A DNA stretch of 62,602 nucleotides, counting the filler. It is 13 parts of 13 records of this genome, joined end to end, with 100 filler letters (N's around TTAATTAATTAA, not from the genome) between each part and the next. Parts side by side here need not be neighbours in the genome. Positions count along the whole stretch, not along the records: positions 1 to 9,129 come from SRR11831586_775; positions 9,230 to 16,890 come from SRR11831586_785; 11 more parts are not named here. The stretch is one strand, 5' to 3'. Numbering within the stretch: position 1 is the first letter of the stretch; each line of letters opens with the position of its first letter. The notes under the pieces are model-generated. The model was given only the letters and a program-made list of their open reading frames with translations, made no database searches and was not told where the DNA came from. Of this stretch, positions 1-10,392 are shown in pieces. The position numbers and the translations under genes were made by a program.

Positions 1-41
1 GCGCGAGCGCCTTATCCGGCCTACGGGTCGTGCATCCGACA
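1..41. repeat. REP (repetitive extragenic palindrome) element upstream of rhaD
   Basis: GCGCCTTATCCGGCCTAC plus GCATCCGACA match the E. coli REP consensus. Confidence 0.85.
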
Positions 42-67
42 ACACCGAATTTACAGGAACACAGAAC

Positions 68-892
68 ATGCAAAACATTACTCAGTCCTGGTTTGTCCAG
101 GGAATGATCAAAGCCACCACCGACGCCTGGCTGAAAGGCTGGGATGAGCGCAACGGCGGCAACCTGACGCTACGCCTGGATGACGCCGATATCGCACCAT
201 ATCACGACAATTTCCACCAACAACCGCGCTATATCCCGCTCAGCCAGCCCATGCCTTTACTGGCAAATACACCGTTTATTGTCACCGGCTCGGGCAAATT
301 CTTCCGTAACGTCCAGCTTGATCCTGCGGCTAACTTAGGCATCGTAAAAGTCGACAGCGACGGCGCGGGCTACCACATTCTTTGGGGGTTAACCAACGAA
401 GCCGTCCCCACTTCCGAACTTCCGGCTCACTTCCTTTCCCACTGCGAGCGCATTAAAGCCACCAACGGCAAAGATCGGGTGATCATGCACTGCCACGCCA
501 CCAACCTGATCGCCCTCACCTATGTACTTGAAAACGACACCGCGGTCTTCACTCGCCAACTGTGGGAAGGCAGCACCGAGTGTCTGGTGGTATTCCCGGA
601 TGGCGTTGGCATTTTGCCGTGGATGGTGCCCGGCACGGACGAAATCGGCCAGGCGACCGCACAAGAGATGCAAAAACATTCGCTGGTGTTGTGGCCCTTC
701 CACGGCGTCTTCGGCAGCGGACCGACGCTGGATGAAACCTTCGGTTTAATCGACACCGCAGAAAAATCAGCACAAGTATTAGTGAAGGTTTATTCGATGG
801 GCGGCATGAAACAGACCATCAGCCGTGAAGAGTTGATAGCGCTCGGCAAGCGTTTCGGCGTTACGCCACTCGCCAGTGCGCTGGCGCTGTAA
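68..892 (+). CDS. rhaD: rhamnulose-1-phosphate aldolase
   Basis: 274 aa class II aldolase with [15 protein letters not shown] and WPFHG motifs; recognised as the E. coli protein. Confidence 0.97.
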
Positions 893-901
893 GGAGCAAA
901 C

Positions 902-1216
902 ATGATCCGCAAAGCCTTTGTCATGCAGGTAAACCCCGACGCCCACGAAGAGTATCAGCGTCGGCATAATCCCATCTGGCCAGAACTGGAAGCAGTGCTG
1001 AAATCTCACGGTGCGCATAACTACGCCATCTATCTCGACAAAGCGCGTAATCTGCTGTTTGCCATGGTAGAGATTGAATCTGAAGAACGCTGGAATGCGG
1101 TTGCCAGCACTGATGTTTGCCAACGTTGGTGGAAATATATGACCGATGTTATGCCCGCTAACCCGGATAACAGCCCGGTGAGTAGCGAGCTGCAAGAAGT
1201 GTTTTACCTGCCGTAA
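902..1216 (+). CDS. rhaM: L-rhamnose mutarotase
   Basis: 104 aa, [10 protein letters not shown]...[22 protein letters not shown]; follows rhaD. Confidence 0.96.
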
Positions 1217-1516
1217 TTGCCCAATGTGCCAGAGATGCCTCCGGCACAATATTTTAAATTTCGATTTGAAAAATTAAACATATTACATCTCCCGGTAAGT
1301 TATATTTCCCTGATACATTGTGAGTAAATCACAAAAATAATGAATAACCCATTAATGATTCATGTGGTTTATTTAAATAACCATTATGTGCATTACTCCG
1401 CAAATCTGACCTTTCACTCTGTCTCAAATTGTCATTGTTTACCGACATATCGCCTCTCATCACTTAATCGCTCCACCATTACAATTGATTAAAATATATT
1501 TTATGGAGTCCGATTA

Positions 1517-1963
1517 ATGGCAGCTCTTACTGCAAGCTGTATTGACCTGAATATTCAGGGCAATGGCGCTTATTCCGTTCTGAAGCAGTTGGCGACAATA
1601 GCGTTACAAAACGGTTTTATCACCGACTCACACCAGTTCCTGCAAACCCTGCTGCTGCGCGAAAAAATGCACTCTACTGGATTTGGTTCCGGTGTCGCCG
1701 TGCCGCACGGTAAAAGCGCCTGCGTTAAACAACCGTTCGTATTATTCGCCCGCAAAGCGCAGGCTATTGACTGGAAAGCCAGCGATGGCGAAGACGTCAA
1801 TTGCTGGATCTGCCTCGGCGTGCCGCAAAGCGGCGAAGAGGATCAGGTCAAAATCATCGGCACACTGTGTCGCAAAATTATTCACAAGGAATTTATTCAT
1901 CAACTGCAACAGGGCGATACCGACCAGGTGCTTGCCTTGTTAAATCAAACCCTCAGCTCATAA
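1517..1963 (+). CDS. frvA: fructose-like PTS EIIA component
   Basis: STGFGSGVAVPHGK EIIA(Fru) phospho-His motif; operon position. Confidence 0.93.
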   Translation: MAALTASCIDLNIQGNGAYSVLKQLATIALQNGFITDSHQFLQTLLLREKMHSTGFGSGVAVPHGKSACVKQPFVLFARKAQAIDWKASDGEDVNCWICLGVPQSGEEDQVKIIGTLCRKIIHKEFIHQLQQGDTDQVLALLNQTLSS

Positions 1964-1973
1964 GGAAGTGGCG

Positions 1974-3425
1974 ATGGAGTCATCCTTACGTATTGTCGCG
2001 ATCACCAACTGCCCCGCCGGGATCGCTCACACCTACATGGTGGCGGAAGCCCTGGAACAGAAAGCCCGTTCTCTCGGTCATACCATAAAAGTGGAAACTC
2101 AAGGGTCCAGTGGCGTTGAAAACCGCTTATCCAGCGAAGAGATTGCCGCTGCCGATTACGTCATTCTCGCTACCGGGCGTGGCCTGAGCGGTGATGATCG
2201 CGCGCGGTTTGCCGGGAAGAAAGTTTATGAGATTGCCATCTCCCAGGCGTTGAAAAATATCGACCAGATTTTCAGCGAATTACCGACAAACTCGCAGCTT
2301 TTTGCCGCAGATAGCGGCGTGAAGCTTGGCAAACAGGAAGTGCAAAGCGGTAGCGTGATGAGCCACCTGATGGCGGGCGTCTCTGCGGCGCTGCCGTTTG
2401 TCATCGGCGGTGGTATCCTGGTGGCGCTTGCCAACATGCTGGTGCAGTTCGGTTTGCCGTATACCGATATGTCGAAAGGCGCGCCGTCGTTTACCTGGGT
2501 AGTTGAATCCATCGGTTACCTTGGCTTCACCTTTATGATCCCCATCATGGGCGCTTATATTGCCTCGTCGATTGCCGATAAACCGGCTTTCGCTCCGGCG
2601 TTTCTGGTTTGCTATCTGGCGAACGACAAAGCGCTGCTCGGCACCCAGTCGGGTGCGGGATTCCTCGGCGCGGTGGTGCTGGGGCTGGCGATTGGCTATT
2701 TCGTCTTCTGGTTCCGCAAAGTGCGCCTTGGCAAAGCATTACAACCGCTGCTCGGTTCAATGCTGATCCCGTTCGTTACTCTGCTGGTTTTCGGCGTGCT
2801 CACTTACTACGTTATCGGGCCGGTGATGTCCGACCTCATGGGCGGGCTGCTCCACTTCCTGAATACCATTCCTCCATCAATGAAGTTTGCGGCAGCGTTT
2901 CTGGTCGGTGCGATGCTGGCGTTCGATATGGGCGGCCCCATCAATAAAACCGCCTGGTTCTTCTGCTTCTCACTGCTGGAAAAACACATTTATGACTGGT
3001 ACGCCATCGTCGGCGTTGTCGCGCTGATGCCGCCCGTCGCGGCGGGTCTTGCGACGTTCATTGCGCCCAAACTGTTTACCCGACAGGAAAAAGAGGCTGC
3101 CAGTAGTGCCATTGTGGTCGGTGCCACAGTCGCAACCGAACCGGCTATTCCTTACGCTCTGGCAGCTCCGTTGCCGATGATTACCGCCAATACGCTGGCG
3201 GGCGGCATTACCGGCGTGCTGGTGATCGCTTTCGGAATCAAACGTCTGGCACCTGGTTTGGGTATCTTTGACCCGCTGATCGGCCTGATGTCGCCGGTGG
3301 GTTCGTTTTATCTGGTGCTGGCGATTGGCCTCGCGCTGAACATTTCATTCATTATCGTCCTGAAAGGATTGTGGTTACGCCGCAAAGCGAAAGCCGCGCA
3401 ACAGGAGCTTGTCCATGAACATTGA
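1974..3425 (+). CDS. frvB: fructose-like PTS EIIBC component
   Basis: CPAGIAHTYM EIIB motif plus FDMGGPINK EIIC motif; ATG 1974 chosen over GTG 1968. Confidence 0.93.
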   Translation: MESSLRIVAITNCPAGIAHTYMVAEALEQKARSLGHTIKVETQGSSGVENRLSSEEIAAADYVILATGRGLSGDDRARFAGKKVYEIAISQALKNIDQIFSELPTNSQLFAADSGVKLGKQEVQSGSVMSHLMAGVSAALPFVIGGGILVALANMLVQFGLPYTDMSKGAPSFTWVVESIGYLGFTFMIPIMGAYIASSIADKPAFAPAFLVCYLANDKALLGTQSGAGFLGAVVLGLAIGYFVFWFRKVRLGKALQPLLGSMLIPFVTLLVFGVLTYYVIGPVMSDLMGGLLHFLNTIPPSMKFAAAFLVGAMLAFDMGGPINKTAWFFCFSLLEKHIYDWYAIVGVVALMPPVAAGLATFIAPKLFTRQEKEAASSAIVVGATVATEPAIPYALAAPLPMITANTLAGGITGVLVIAFGIKRLAPGLGIFDPLIGLMSPVGSFYLVLAIGLALNISFIIVLKGLWLRRKAKAAQQELVHEH

Positions 3426-4485
3426 GTTACTGCAACAGTTGTGCGAAGCCAGCGCCGTCAGCGGCGATGAACAGGAAGTTCGCGACATTCTGATAAACAC
3501 GCTGGAACCTTGCGTGAATGAAATCACCTTCGATGGTCTGGGCAGCTTTGTTGCCCGTAAGGGGAATAAAGGTCCAAAAGTTGCCGTTGTCGGACATATG
3601 GATGAAGTCGGCTTTATGGTCACCCACATCGACGAGAGCGGTTTTCTGCGTTTTACCACCATTGGCGGCTGGTGGAATCAGTCGATGCTCAACCACCGGG
3701 TAACCATACGCACACACAAGGGAGTGAAAATCCCTGGTGTGATTGGTTCCGTCGCGCCTCATGCGTTAACGGAAAAGCAAAAGCAACAACCGCTGTCATT
3801 TGATGAGATGTTCATTGATATTGGCGCGAACAGTCGCGAAGAGGTGGAAAAGCGCGGCGTGGAAATTGGTAATTTTATTAGCCCGGAAGCCAATTTTGCC
3901 TGCTGGGGCGAAGATAAAGTGGTCGGCAAGGCGTTGGATAACCGCATCGGCTGCGCAATGATGGCTGAACTATTGCAGACGGTGAATAATCCCGAAATTA
4001 CGCTGTATGGCGTTGGCAGTGTGGAAGAAGAAGTTGGGCTACGCGGGGCGCAAACCTCGGCGGAACACATTAAACCGGACGTCGTGATCGTGTTGGATAC
4101 CGCCGTAGCGGGCGATGTTCCGGGCATTGATAACATTAAATACCCGCTGAAACTGGGCCAGGGGCCGGGGCTGATGCTGTTTGACAAGCGCTACTTCCCC
4201 AACCAGAAACTGGTAGCAGCGTTAAAAAGCTGTGCCGCACATAACGATTTACCGCTGCAATTTTCCACCATGAAAACCGGTGCGACGGATGGCGGGCGCT
4301 ACAACGTGATGGGCGGCGGGCGTCCGGTTGTCGCGCTGTGTCTGCCAACTCGTTATCTGCACGCCAACAGCGGTATGATTTCAAAAGCCGATTACGAAGC
4401 TCTGCTCACGCTGATACGGGGTTTTCTGACGACCTTAACTGCGGAGAAAGTCAACGCGTTTAGCCAGTTCCGTCAGGTGGATTAA
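3415..4485 (+). CDS. frvX: M42 family aminopeptidase-like protein
   Basis: GHMDEVG, KALDNRIG, EEEVGLRGA and RYLH motifs of M42 metallopeptidases; ATG 3415. Confidence 0.93.
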   Translation: MNIELLQQLCEASAVSGDEQEVRDILINTLEPCVNEITFDGLGSFVARKGNKGPKVAVVGHMDEVGFMVTHIDESGFLRFTTIGGWWNQSMLNHRVTIRTHKGVKIPGVIGSVAPHALTEKQKQQPLSFDEMFIDIGANSREEVEKRGVEIGNFISPEANFACWGEDKVVGKALDNRIGCAMMAELLQTVNNPEITLYGVGSVEEEVGLRGAQTSAEHIKPDVVIVLDTAVAGDVPGIDNIKYPLKLGQGPGLMLFDKRYFPNQKLVAALKSCAAHNDLPLQFSTMKTGATDGGRYNVMGGGRPVVALCLPTRYLHANSGMISKADYEALLTLIRGFLTTLTAEKVNAFSQFRQVD

Positions 4486-6233
4486 TGCTAAACGAACGCC
4501 AGTTAAAGATTGTCGATCTGCTGGAGCAACAGCCGCGCACGCCTGGCGAGCTGGCGCAACAGACTGGCGTTTCAGGCAGGACCATCCTGCGTGATATTGA
4601 CTATCTCAACTTCACCCTTAACGGCAAAGCCCGCATTTTCGCCAGTGGCAGTGCGGGCTATCAGCTGGAAATCTTCGAGCGCCGCAGCTTTTTTCAGTTG
4701 CTGCAAAAGCACGATAACGACGATCGGCTGCTGGCGCTGTTATTACTGAATACTTTCACTCCCCGTGCGCAACTCGCCTCGGCGCTTAATTTGCCAGAAA
4801 CGTGGGTAGCAGAGCGTCTGCCCCGGTTAAAACAGCGTTATGAACGCACTTGTTGCCTGGCCAGCCGCCCTGGTTTGGGCCATTTCATTGATGAGACAGA
4901 AGAGAAACGCGTTATCTTGCTGGCGAACTTGCTGCGCAAAGATCCGTTTTTAATTCCGCTGGCGGGCATAACACGAGACAACCTTCAGCATTTATCCACG
5001 GCCTGCGACAACCAACACCGCTGGCCGCTCATGCAGGGTGATTATCTCTCCAGCCTGATTCTGGCGATTTACGCCCTGCGTAATCAACTGACCGATGAGT
5101 GGCCGCAATATCCCGGTGACGAGATAAAACAAATCGTTGAACATAGCGGTCTGTTTCTTGGTGATAACGCTGTAAGAACCCTGACGGGTTTGATAGAGAA
5201 ACAGCATCAGCAAGCGCAGGTAATTTCAGCCGATAATGTGCAGGGGTTGCTGCAAAGGGTGCCGGGCATCGCGTCATTGAATATTATTGATGCGCAGCTG
5301 GTTGAGAATATTACCGGGCATTTATTACGTTGCCTTGCCGCACCAGTGTGGATTGCTGAGCACCGCCAGAGCAGCATGAATAACCTGAAAGCCGCCTGGC
5401 CTGCGGCCTTTGATATGAGTCTGCACTTTATTACGCTACTGCGTGAACAGCTCGATATTCCCCTTTTCGACAGCGATCTGATCGGTTTGTATTTTGCCTG
5501 TGCGCTGGAGCGGCATCAAAACGAACGCCAGCCGATCATTTTGCTCTCGGACCAGAACGCGATTGCCACTATTAATCAGCTCGCCATTGAGCGCGATGTT
5601 TTAAATTGTCGGGTAATTATTGCCCGTAGCTTAAGCGAACTTGTTGCCATTCGCGAAGAGATTGAGCCGTTATTGATCATTAACAACAGCCATTATTTAC
5701 TGGATGACGCGGTAAATAATTACATCACCGTAAAAAATATCATTACGGCTGCCGGTATCGAACAAATAAAACATTTTCTGGCGACGGCATTTATTCGCCA
5801 ACAGCCGGAGCGTTTTTTCTCTGCCCCCGGAAGTTTTCATTATTCGAATGTACGCGGTGAAAGCTGGCAACATATTACCCGGCAAATTTGTGCGCAATTA
5901 GTCGCACAACACCATATTACCGCCGATGAAGCACAACGCATCATCGCCCGCGAAGGCGAAGGTGAAAACCTGATTGTTAATCGCCTCGCCATCCCACATT
6001 GCTGGAGCGAACAGGAGCGACGTTTTCGTGGATTTTTTATTACCCTCGCCCAACCAGTTGAGGTGAATAACGAAGTCATTAACCATGTCTTGATCGCCTG
6101 CGCCGCCGCCGATGCGCGTCATGAGCTAAAAATATTTAGCTATCTGGCAAGCATATTGTGTCAGCATCCGGCGGAGATTATTGCCGGGTTAACAGGATAT
6201 GAGGCATTTATGGAGTTACTTCACAAGGGGTGA
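4485..6233 (+). CDS. frvR: putative frv operon regulator (HTH, PRD-like and EIIA-like domains)
   Basis: N-terminal HTH (ELAQQTGVSGRTILRDI) and C-terminal LAIPH EIIA-like motif. Confidence 0.92.
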   Translation: MLNERQLKIVDLLEQQPRTPGELAQQTGVSGRTILRDIDYLNFTLNGKARIFASGSAGYQLEIFERRSFFQLLQKHDNDDRLLALLLLNTFTPRAQLASALNLPETWVAERLPRLKQRYERTCCLASRPGLGHFIDETEEKRVILLANLLRKDPFLIPLAGITRDNLQHLSTACDNQHRWPLMQGDYLSSLILAIYALRNQLTDEWPQYPGDEIKQIVEHSGLFLGDNAVRTLTGLIEKQHQQAQVISADNVQGLLQRVPGIASLNIIDAQLVENITGHLLRCLAAPVWIAEHRQSSMNNLKAAWPAAFDMSLHFITLLREQLDIPLFDSDLIGLYFACALERHQNERQPIILLSDQNAIATINQLAIERDVLNCRVIIARSLSELVAIREEIEPLLIINNSHYLLDDAVNNYITVKNIITAAGIEQIKHFLATAFIRQQPERFFSAPGSFHYSNVRGESWQHITRQICAQLVAQHHITADEAQRIIAREGEGENLIVNRLAIPHCWSEQERRFRGFFITLAQPVEVNNEVINHVLIACAAADARHELKIFSYLASILCQHPAEIIAGLTGYEAFMELLHKG

Positions 6234-6237
6234 ACTG

Positions 6238-6260
6238 TGTCGGATGCGCCGCATCCGACA
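6238..6260. repeat. REP-derived palindrome between convergent frvR and yiiG
   Basis: TGTCGGATGCG-C-CGCATCCGACA perfect stem. Confidence 0.75.
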
Positions 6261-6282
6261 CTGCATTTATCATCAAAAACGT

Positions 6283-7338
6283 TTAACGCAGGCTATTATA
6301 GTCATCAACCATTTCGTTGTACTCGCGTAATGCTCTCGGGAAAGAGTCTTCGACCATCCAGCTTGAGTTTGCGTCCTGAAGTTGCTCTTTATCCCAGTCA
6401 GAGTACGGGACTTTATCTCTGATGCGGCGAACGTATTTTTTAGCCTCGAGTTGATACTGGCCTGCCGAATTAATAAACGAGAAATTCATGCCGCCTTTAT
6501 CCGCTTCTTTGGCCTGCGCCACTAGCGTTTCCAGTTCAGACACTTTCTTCATTGCCGCTTCTGCATCAAACTTATCTTGCGATATCAGGTTATTAATTTG
6601 TTTCGCTGAAATCATGACTGCCAGAGAGTAGTAGTGGAATGTTTTCCCTTCTCTTTCTTCAATATTTTTCAGTTCCGCAAGCTGACGCTTATCATTAATT
6701 TCCTGAATCGCCGCATGATAAGATTCGGCTACAGGTTCAAAGGCTTCCAGATTTTTTAAGAATGTCTGGTGCAGCGTTTTCCCTTTCGCAAACGCATCGT
6801 CTTTATAATTTTCCTGGGTGTAATATTTATCCATTTCGTTAATGGTATTACCCAACGCCACGGCAGCATCGATATAACTCACCGCCACGCCATCAATTGG
6901 TTGCAGCGCAGGCGTTAACGCCACAGCACTTTTTACGCCTTTTTCACACTCAGCGAGGTTGGATTCACTAATGCCGTAGATGCCATAAACAGTACGCTCT
7001 TCACCGGTAGGCCCCTGTTTAAAATCTTTCAGCCAGTCAGCATAACGCGCCAGACTGCGCTGTACCGGGATCTGTAACTTGTTGTAGCACTTGATATAGA
7101 CATCCATTTTTTCGTCGAAAACCGCTTGTTCATCGACCACCGGTTGCGCAGGTGTTTCAGGTTTAGCTTCTGCTTTTGCAACGGGAGCTTCAGTAGGTTT
7201 CGCTTCAGGAGCTGGTGCGGCAGGTTGACTATTGGCAGGCGGGAGCGTTTCTGTTTCGGCTTTTTTATCATCACAACCCGTCAGACCGAGGGACATGATG
7301 GCGACTATAATAGCGGAAGATAATAAATTCCTTTTCAT
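6283..7338 (-). CDS. yiiG: lipoprotein YiiG
   Basis: signal peptide with lipobox LTGC and Pro/Ala-rich linker; position between frvR and fdhD. Confidence 0.9.
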   Translation of the reverse strand: MKRNLLSSAIIVAIMSLGLTGCDDKKAETETLPPANSQPAAPAPEAKPTEAPVAKAEAKPETPAQPVVDEQAVFDEKMDVYIKCYNKLQIPVQRSLARYADWLKDFKQGPTGEERTVYGIYGISESNLAECEKGVKSAVALTPALQPIDGVAVSYIDAAVALGNTINEMDKYYTQENYKDDAFAKGKTLHQTFLKNLEAFEPVAESYHAAIQEINDKRQLAELKNIEEREGKTFHYYSLAVMISAKQINNLISQDKFDAEAAMKKVSELETLVAQAKEADKGGMNFSFINSAGQYQLEAKKYVRRIRDKVPYSDWDKEQLQDANSSWMVEDSFPRALREYNEMVDDYNSLR

Positions 7339-7490
7339 TTAATTGCCTTATAAATATATAGATAAGAGAGTGAACATAATAAATGAAAAAAGAAAACGCC
7401 ACTACACGCATTTTGTTTATAAATAAAATAATAAAATTCACGAAATGAATAAGTCCTGCAATTTAATATATTTCGCAGGACTTATTTTAA

Positions 7491-8324
7491 TTAATTGCTC
7501 AAACGCTGCGGATGGGTATAAACCGTTGCCCGACCCGGTTTACAAAAACCTACCAGTGTCAGATTACAGCGCTCAGCCACTTCTACAGCAAGCGTGGTCG
7601 CGGCAGACACCGCAAACAAAATCTCTACGCCGCACATCGCCGACTTTTGCACCATTTCATAACTGGCACGACTGGAAACCAGTACCGCACCTTGCTGCCA
7701 GCTTTCCCCTTCTTGTGACCGGCGGCCTAACAGTTTGTCCAGCGCCACATGGCGACCCACGTCTTCATGCCCGCCGACCAGTTCGCCAGATGGCAACATC
7801 CAGGCAGCGGCGTGAGTACAACCAGTCAGTTGCCCCACTGGCTGAAAATCGTTGAGATGACGTAATGCATCATCCAGTTTGTTGAGATCAAACGTCTGGG
7901 TGAACGGTAGCGGCTGCACCGGTTTTCCGATGTCATTAAGTTGCTCCACGCCGCATACGCCACAGCCCGTACGTCCCGCCAGCGCCCGGCGGCGCTCCTT
8001 CAACCCCATAAAGCGGCGGCTGGAAAGCTCAATTTGTACTTCAAGACCATTACAGGAAGGAACGACATCCATGCCGAAGATATCGCGCGGACTTTCGATA
8101 ATCCCCTCGGAAAGCGAAAAACCGAGCGCAAAGTACTCAAGGTCTTTGGGCGACGCCATCATCACCACATGCGAAATGCCGTTGTAGACCAGCGCAACGG
8201 GAACTTCTTCCGCGACCTCATCTAACCGTGGGTGTTGTAAATCATCACGCCGCCATAACTCAATTTGACGAACACCTGTGATATTTGTCACATTTTCGAT
8301 TTCTTTTCGCTGTGTTTTTTTCAC
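7491..8324 (-). CDS. fdhD: formate dehydrogenase sulfurtransferase/accessory protein
   Basis: TGCGVCG and [12 protein letters not shown] motifs. Confidence 0.96.
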
Positions 8325-8517
8325 TTTCTCTTAACCAGATAAGAACACACACACCAACATTATGGTATTCTGTTACAAACCCTTCCTGGATGGAGGGAAA
8401 TTGAGCCAATTCTGGACCTTTGCGGCCCCTTCCGCAAAGAAAAATAACTCCCACTCCCTGCACACGCAGCAAGCGAATGTAAATGGGACGTGACAATGTC
8501 GAAACAAGGAGCAATCC

Positions 8518-9129
8518 ATGCAGGTCAGCAGAAGGCAGTTCTTTAAGATCTGCGCTGGCGGTATGGCAGGCACCACGGCAGCGGCACTGGGTTTTGCACC
8601 CAGCGTAGCACTCGCGGAAACCCGGCAGTATAAACTGCTGCGCACCCGCGAAACCCGTAATACCTGCACCTATTGTTCCGTAGGCTGTGGGCTGTTGATG
8701 TACAGCCTCGGTGACGGAGCAAAAAACGCCAAAGCATCTATCTTCCATATCGAAGGCGATCCGGATCACCCGGTCAACCGCGGTGCACTTTGTCCGAAAG
8801 GCGCTGGCCTGGTGGATTTCATCCACTCCGAAAGCCGTCTGAAGTTTCCGGAATACCGTGCGCCAGGTTCTGATAAATGGCAGCAAATCAGTTGGGAAGA
8901 GGCGTTTGATCGCATCGCCAAACTGATGAAAGAAGACCGCGATGCTAACTACATTGCGCAAAACGCCGAAGGCGTGACTGTTAACCGCTGGCTCTCCACC
9001 GGGATGCTGTGTGCTTCCGCGTCGAGTAACGAAACCGGCTATTTAACGCAAAAATTCTCCCGCGCGCTGGGTATGCTCGCGGTCGACAACCAGGCGCGTG
9101 TCTGACACGGACCAACGGTAGCAAGTCTT
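8518..9129 (+). CDS. fdoG: formate dehydrogenase-O alpha subunit, 5' part (selenoprotein; truncated by contig end)
   Basis: Tat signal SRRQFFK; CTYCSVGC Fe-S motif; NQARV-TGA-HGPTVASL, where TGA 9103-9105 is Sec rather than a stop. Confidence 0.95.
9106..9129 (+). promoter_or_regulatory. bacterial SECIS region immediately 3' of the Sec UGA (truncated)
   Basis: lies directly after the in-frame UGA of fdoG, where bacterial SECIS elements sit; the 3' arm is lost in the gap. Confidence 0.65.
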
Positions 9130-9229
9130 NNNNNNNNNNNNNNNNNNNNNNNNNNNNNNNNNNNNNNNNNNNNTTAATTAATTAANNNNNNNNNNNNNNN
9201 NNNNNNNNNNNNNNNNNNNNNNNNNNNNN
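9130..9229. other. artificial contig spacer (first of 12)
   Basis: 44N-TTAATTAATTAA-44N with stops in all six frames; identical spacers at 16891, 22774, 25578, 29738, 37104, 40239, 45157, 47415, 50501, 53366 and 59837, each 100 nt. Confidence 0.98.
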
Positions 9230-9256
9230 ACCCTCTCCCCAAAGGGGCGAGGGGAC
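9230..9256. repeat. BoxC-like palindromic repeat fragment
   Basis: CCCTCTCCCCAAAGGGGCGAGGGG hairpin resembling the enterobacterial BoxC repeat, at the contig edge. Confidence 0.55.
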
Positions 9257-9295
9257 CGTTCAGTACGGAATTTAGCTTGACGGTGCTATCCAGCA

Positions 9296-10381
9296 TTAAA
9301 TACTGGCAATACTCTCACGCAAAATCCGCAGCACCGTCTCTTCACCGCTGCGATTCGGGTTAATGCGAATCGCACAATGTTCTGATTGTGGATTCGCCTG
9401 GCGAAACGTTCCGGAAAGGCGATAAAAGAGCGGCGGGATTTCATATTTCGACTCTGCACCCACCGGGTAAGGCAAGGCACCGCGCTTTTGCGCCTCTTCC
9501 AGCACTCTGGCGGCAATCGGCTGATGAAACTCGACAATCAACACCTTCGACTGCGCATTAGCAATCACCGCGCTTTTCACTTCCGGCACCGCACCACCGT
9601 TAAGCAAAGCCAGCAACCGTTCAGATACCCCTGCCTGCACCGCGTGCATCACTGGCGCAAACACCAGACCACGCAATACTTCCAGCGCCTGTGCGCCCTG
9701 GATCTGGCTACCGCCGGAGTAAAGCGTGGCGCGAATACGGTTGATAACATCAGCATCGCCGACCACTGCACCAACACCCTCTGGCCCAAATAGCTTGAAG
9801 CAGGAAAATGTCGAGACATTCGCGCCGCATTCACAGCCGATTCGAGCCACCTTCATCACCGCATAGTTGTCATCGGTTAACGCTGGAACACCTGCCGCGC
9901 GCAACGTTGCCAGCACATCTGCCAGCACGTAGCTGTCCTGCGGCTGCTGGCGCGTATGCTGCACCAGCGCCGCATCCGGTTGTTGCTCGTCGACGACCTG
10001 CTTCAGTGCCGACAGGTCATTGAAATCAACAGTAATAAGCGTCAGCCCCATCTGCTCAATAATAACCCGTGTCGTCGGGTAAACAGGCGCGTCATGCACC
10101 AGAAGACGCTGCCCCGGTTTGAGCAAAGCCGCCAGCCCGGCGCGAATCGCGCCAGTCCCCGCGCCCTGCACCAGCGCCGCAGCCTGTGCGTGAAATGCAT
10201 CAGCCAGCACCTGTTCCACACGCTGGGTAACGCGCGGTTGATTCAGTCCTGGCGTTAAGCCTAAATCACCGCCAGTAAGAAACTCGCTGCCGGGGAAATG
10301 GCGACAAATGCTATCCACCAGCGCAAACTGCTTTTGCTGCGCCTCAATAATCGTCAGGCTTTGCAGAGGAAACGTCTTCAT
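9296..10381 (-). CDS. yhfS: PLP-dependent enzyme YhfS
   Basis: DDNY and FSCFKLFG PLP-lysine motif; last gene of the yhfZ-S cluster. Confidence 0.9.
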   Translation of the reverse strand: MKTFPLQSLTIIEAQQKQFALVDSICRHFPGSEFLTGGDLGLTPGLNQPRVTQRVEQVLADAFHAQAAALVQGAGTGAIRAGLAALLKPGQRLLVHDAPVYPTTRVIIEQMGLTLITVDFNDLSALKQVVDEQQPDAALVQHTRQQPQDSYVLADVLATLRAAGVPALTDDNYAVMKVARIGCECGANVSTFSCFKLFGPEGVGAVVGDADVINRIRATLYSGGSQIQGAQALEVLRGLVFAPVMHAVQAGVSERLLALLNGGAVPEVKSAVIANAQSKVLIVEFHQPIAARVLEEAQKRGALPYPVGAESKYEIPPLFYRLSGTFRQANPQSEHCAIRINPNRSGEETVLRILRESIASI

Positions 10382-10392
10382 AGGTGCCTTCC

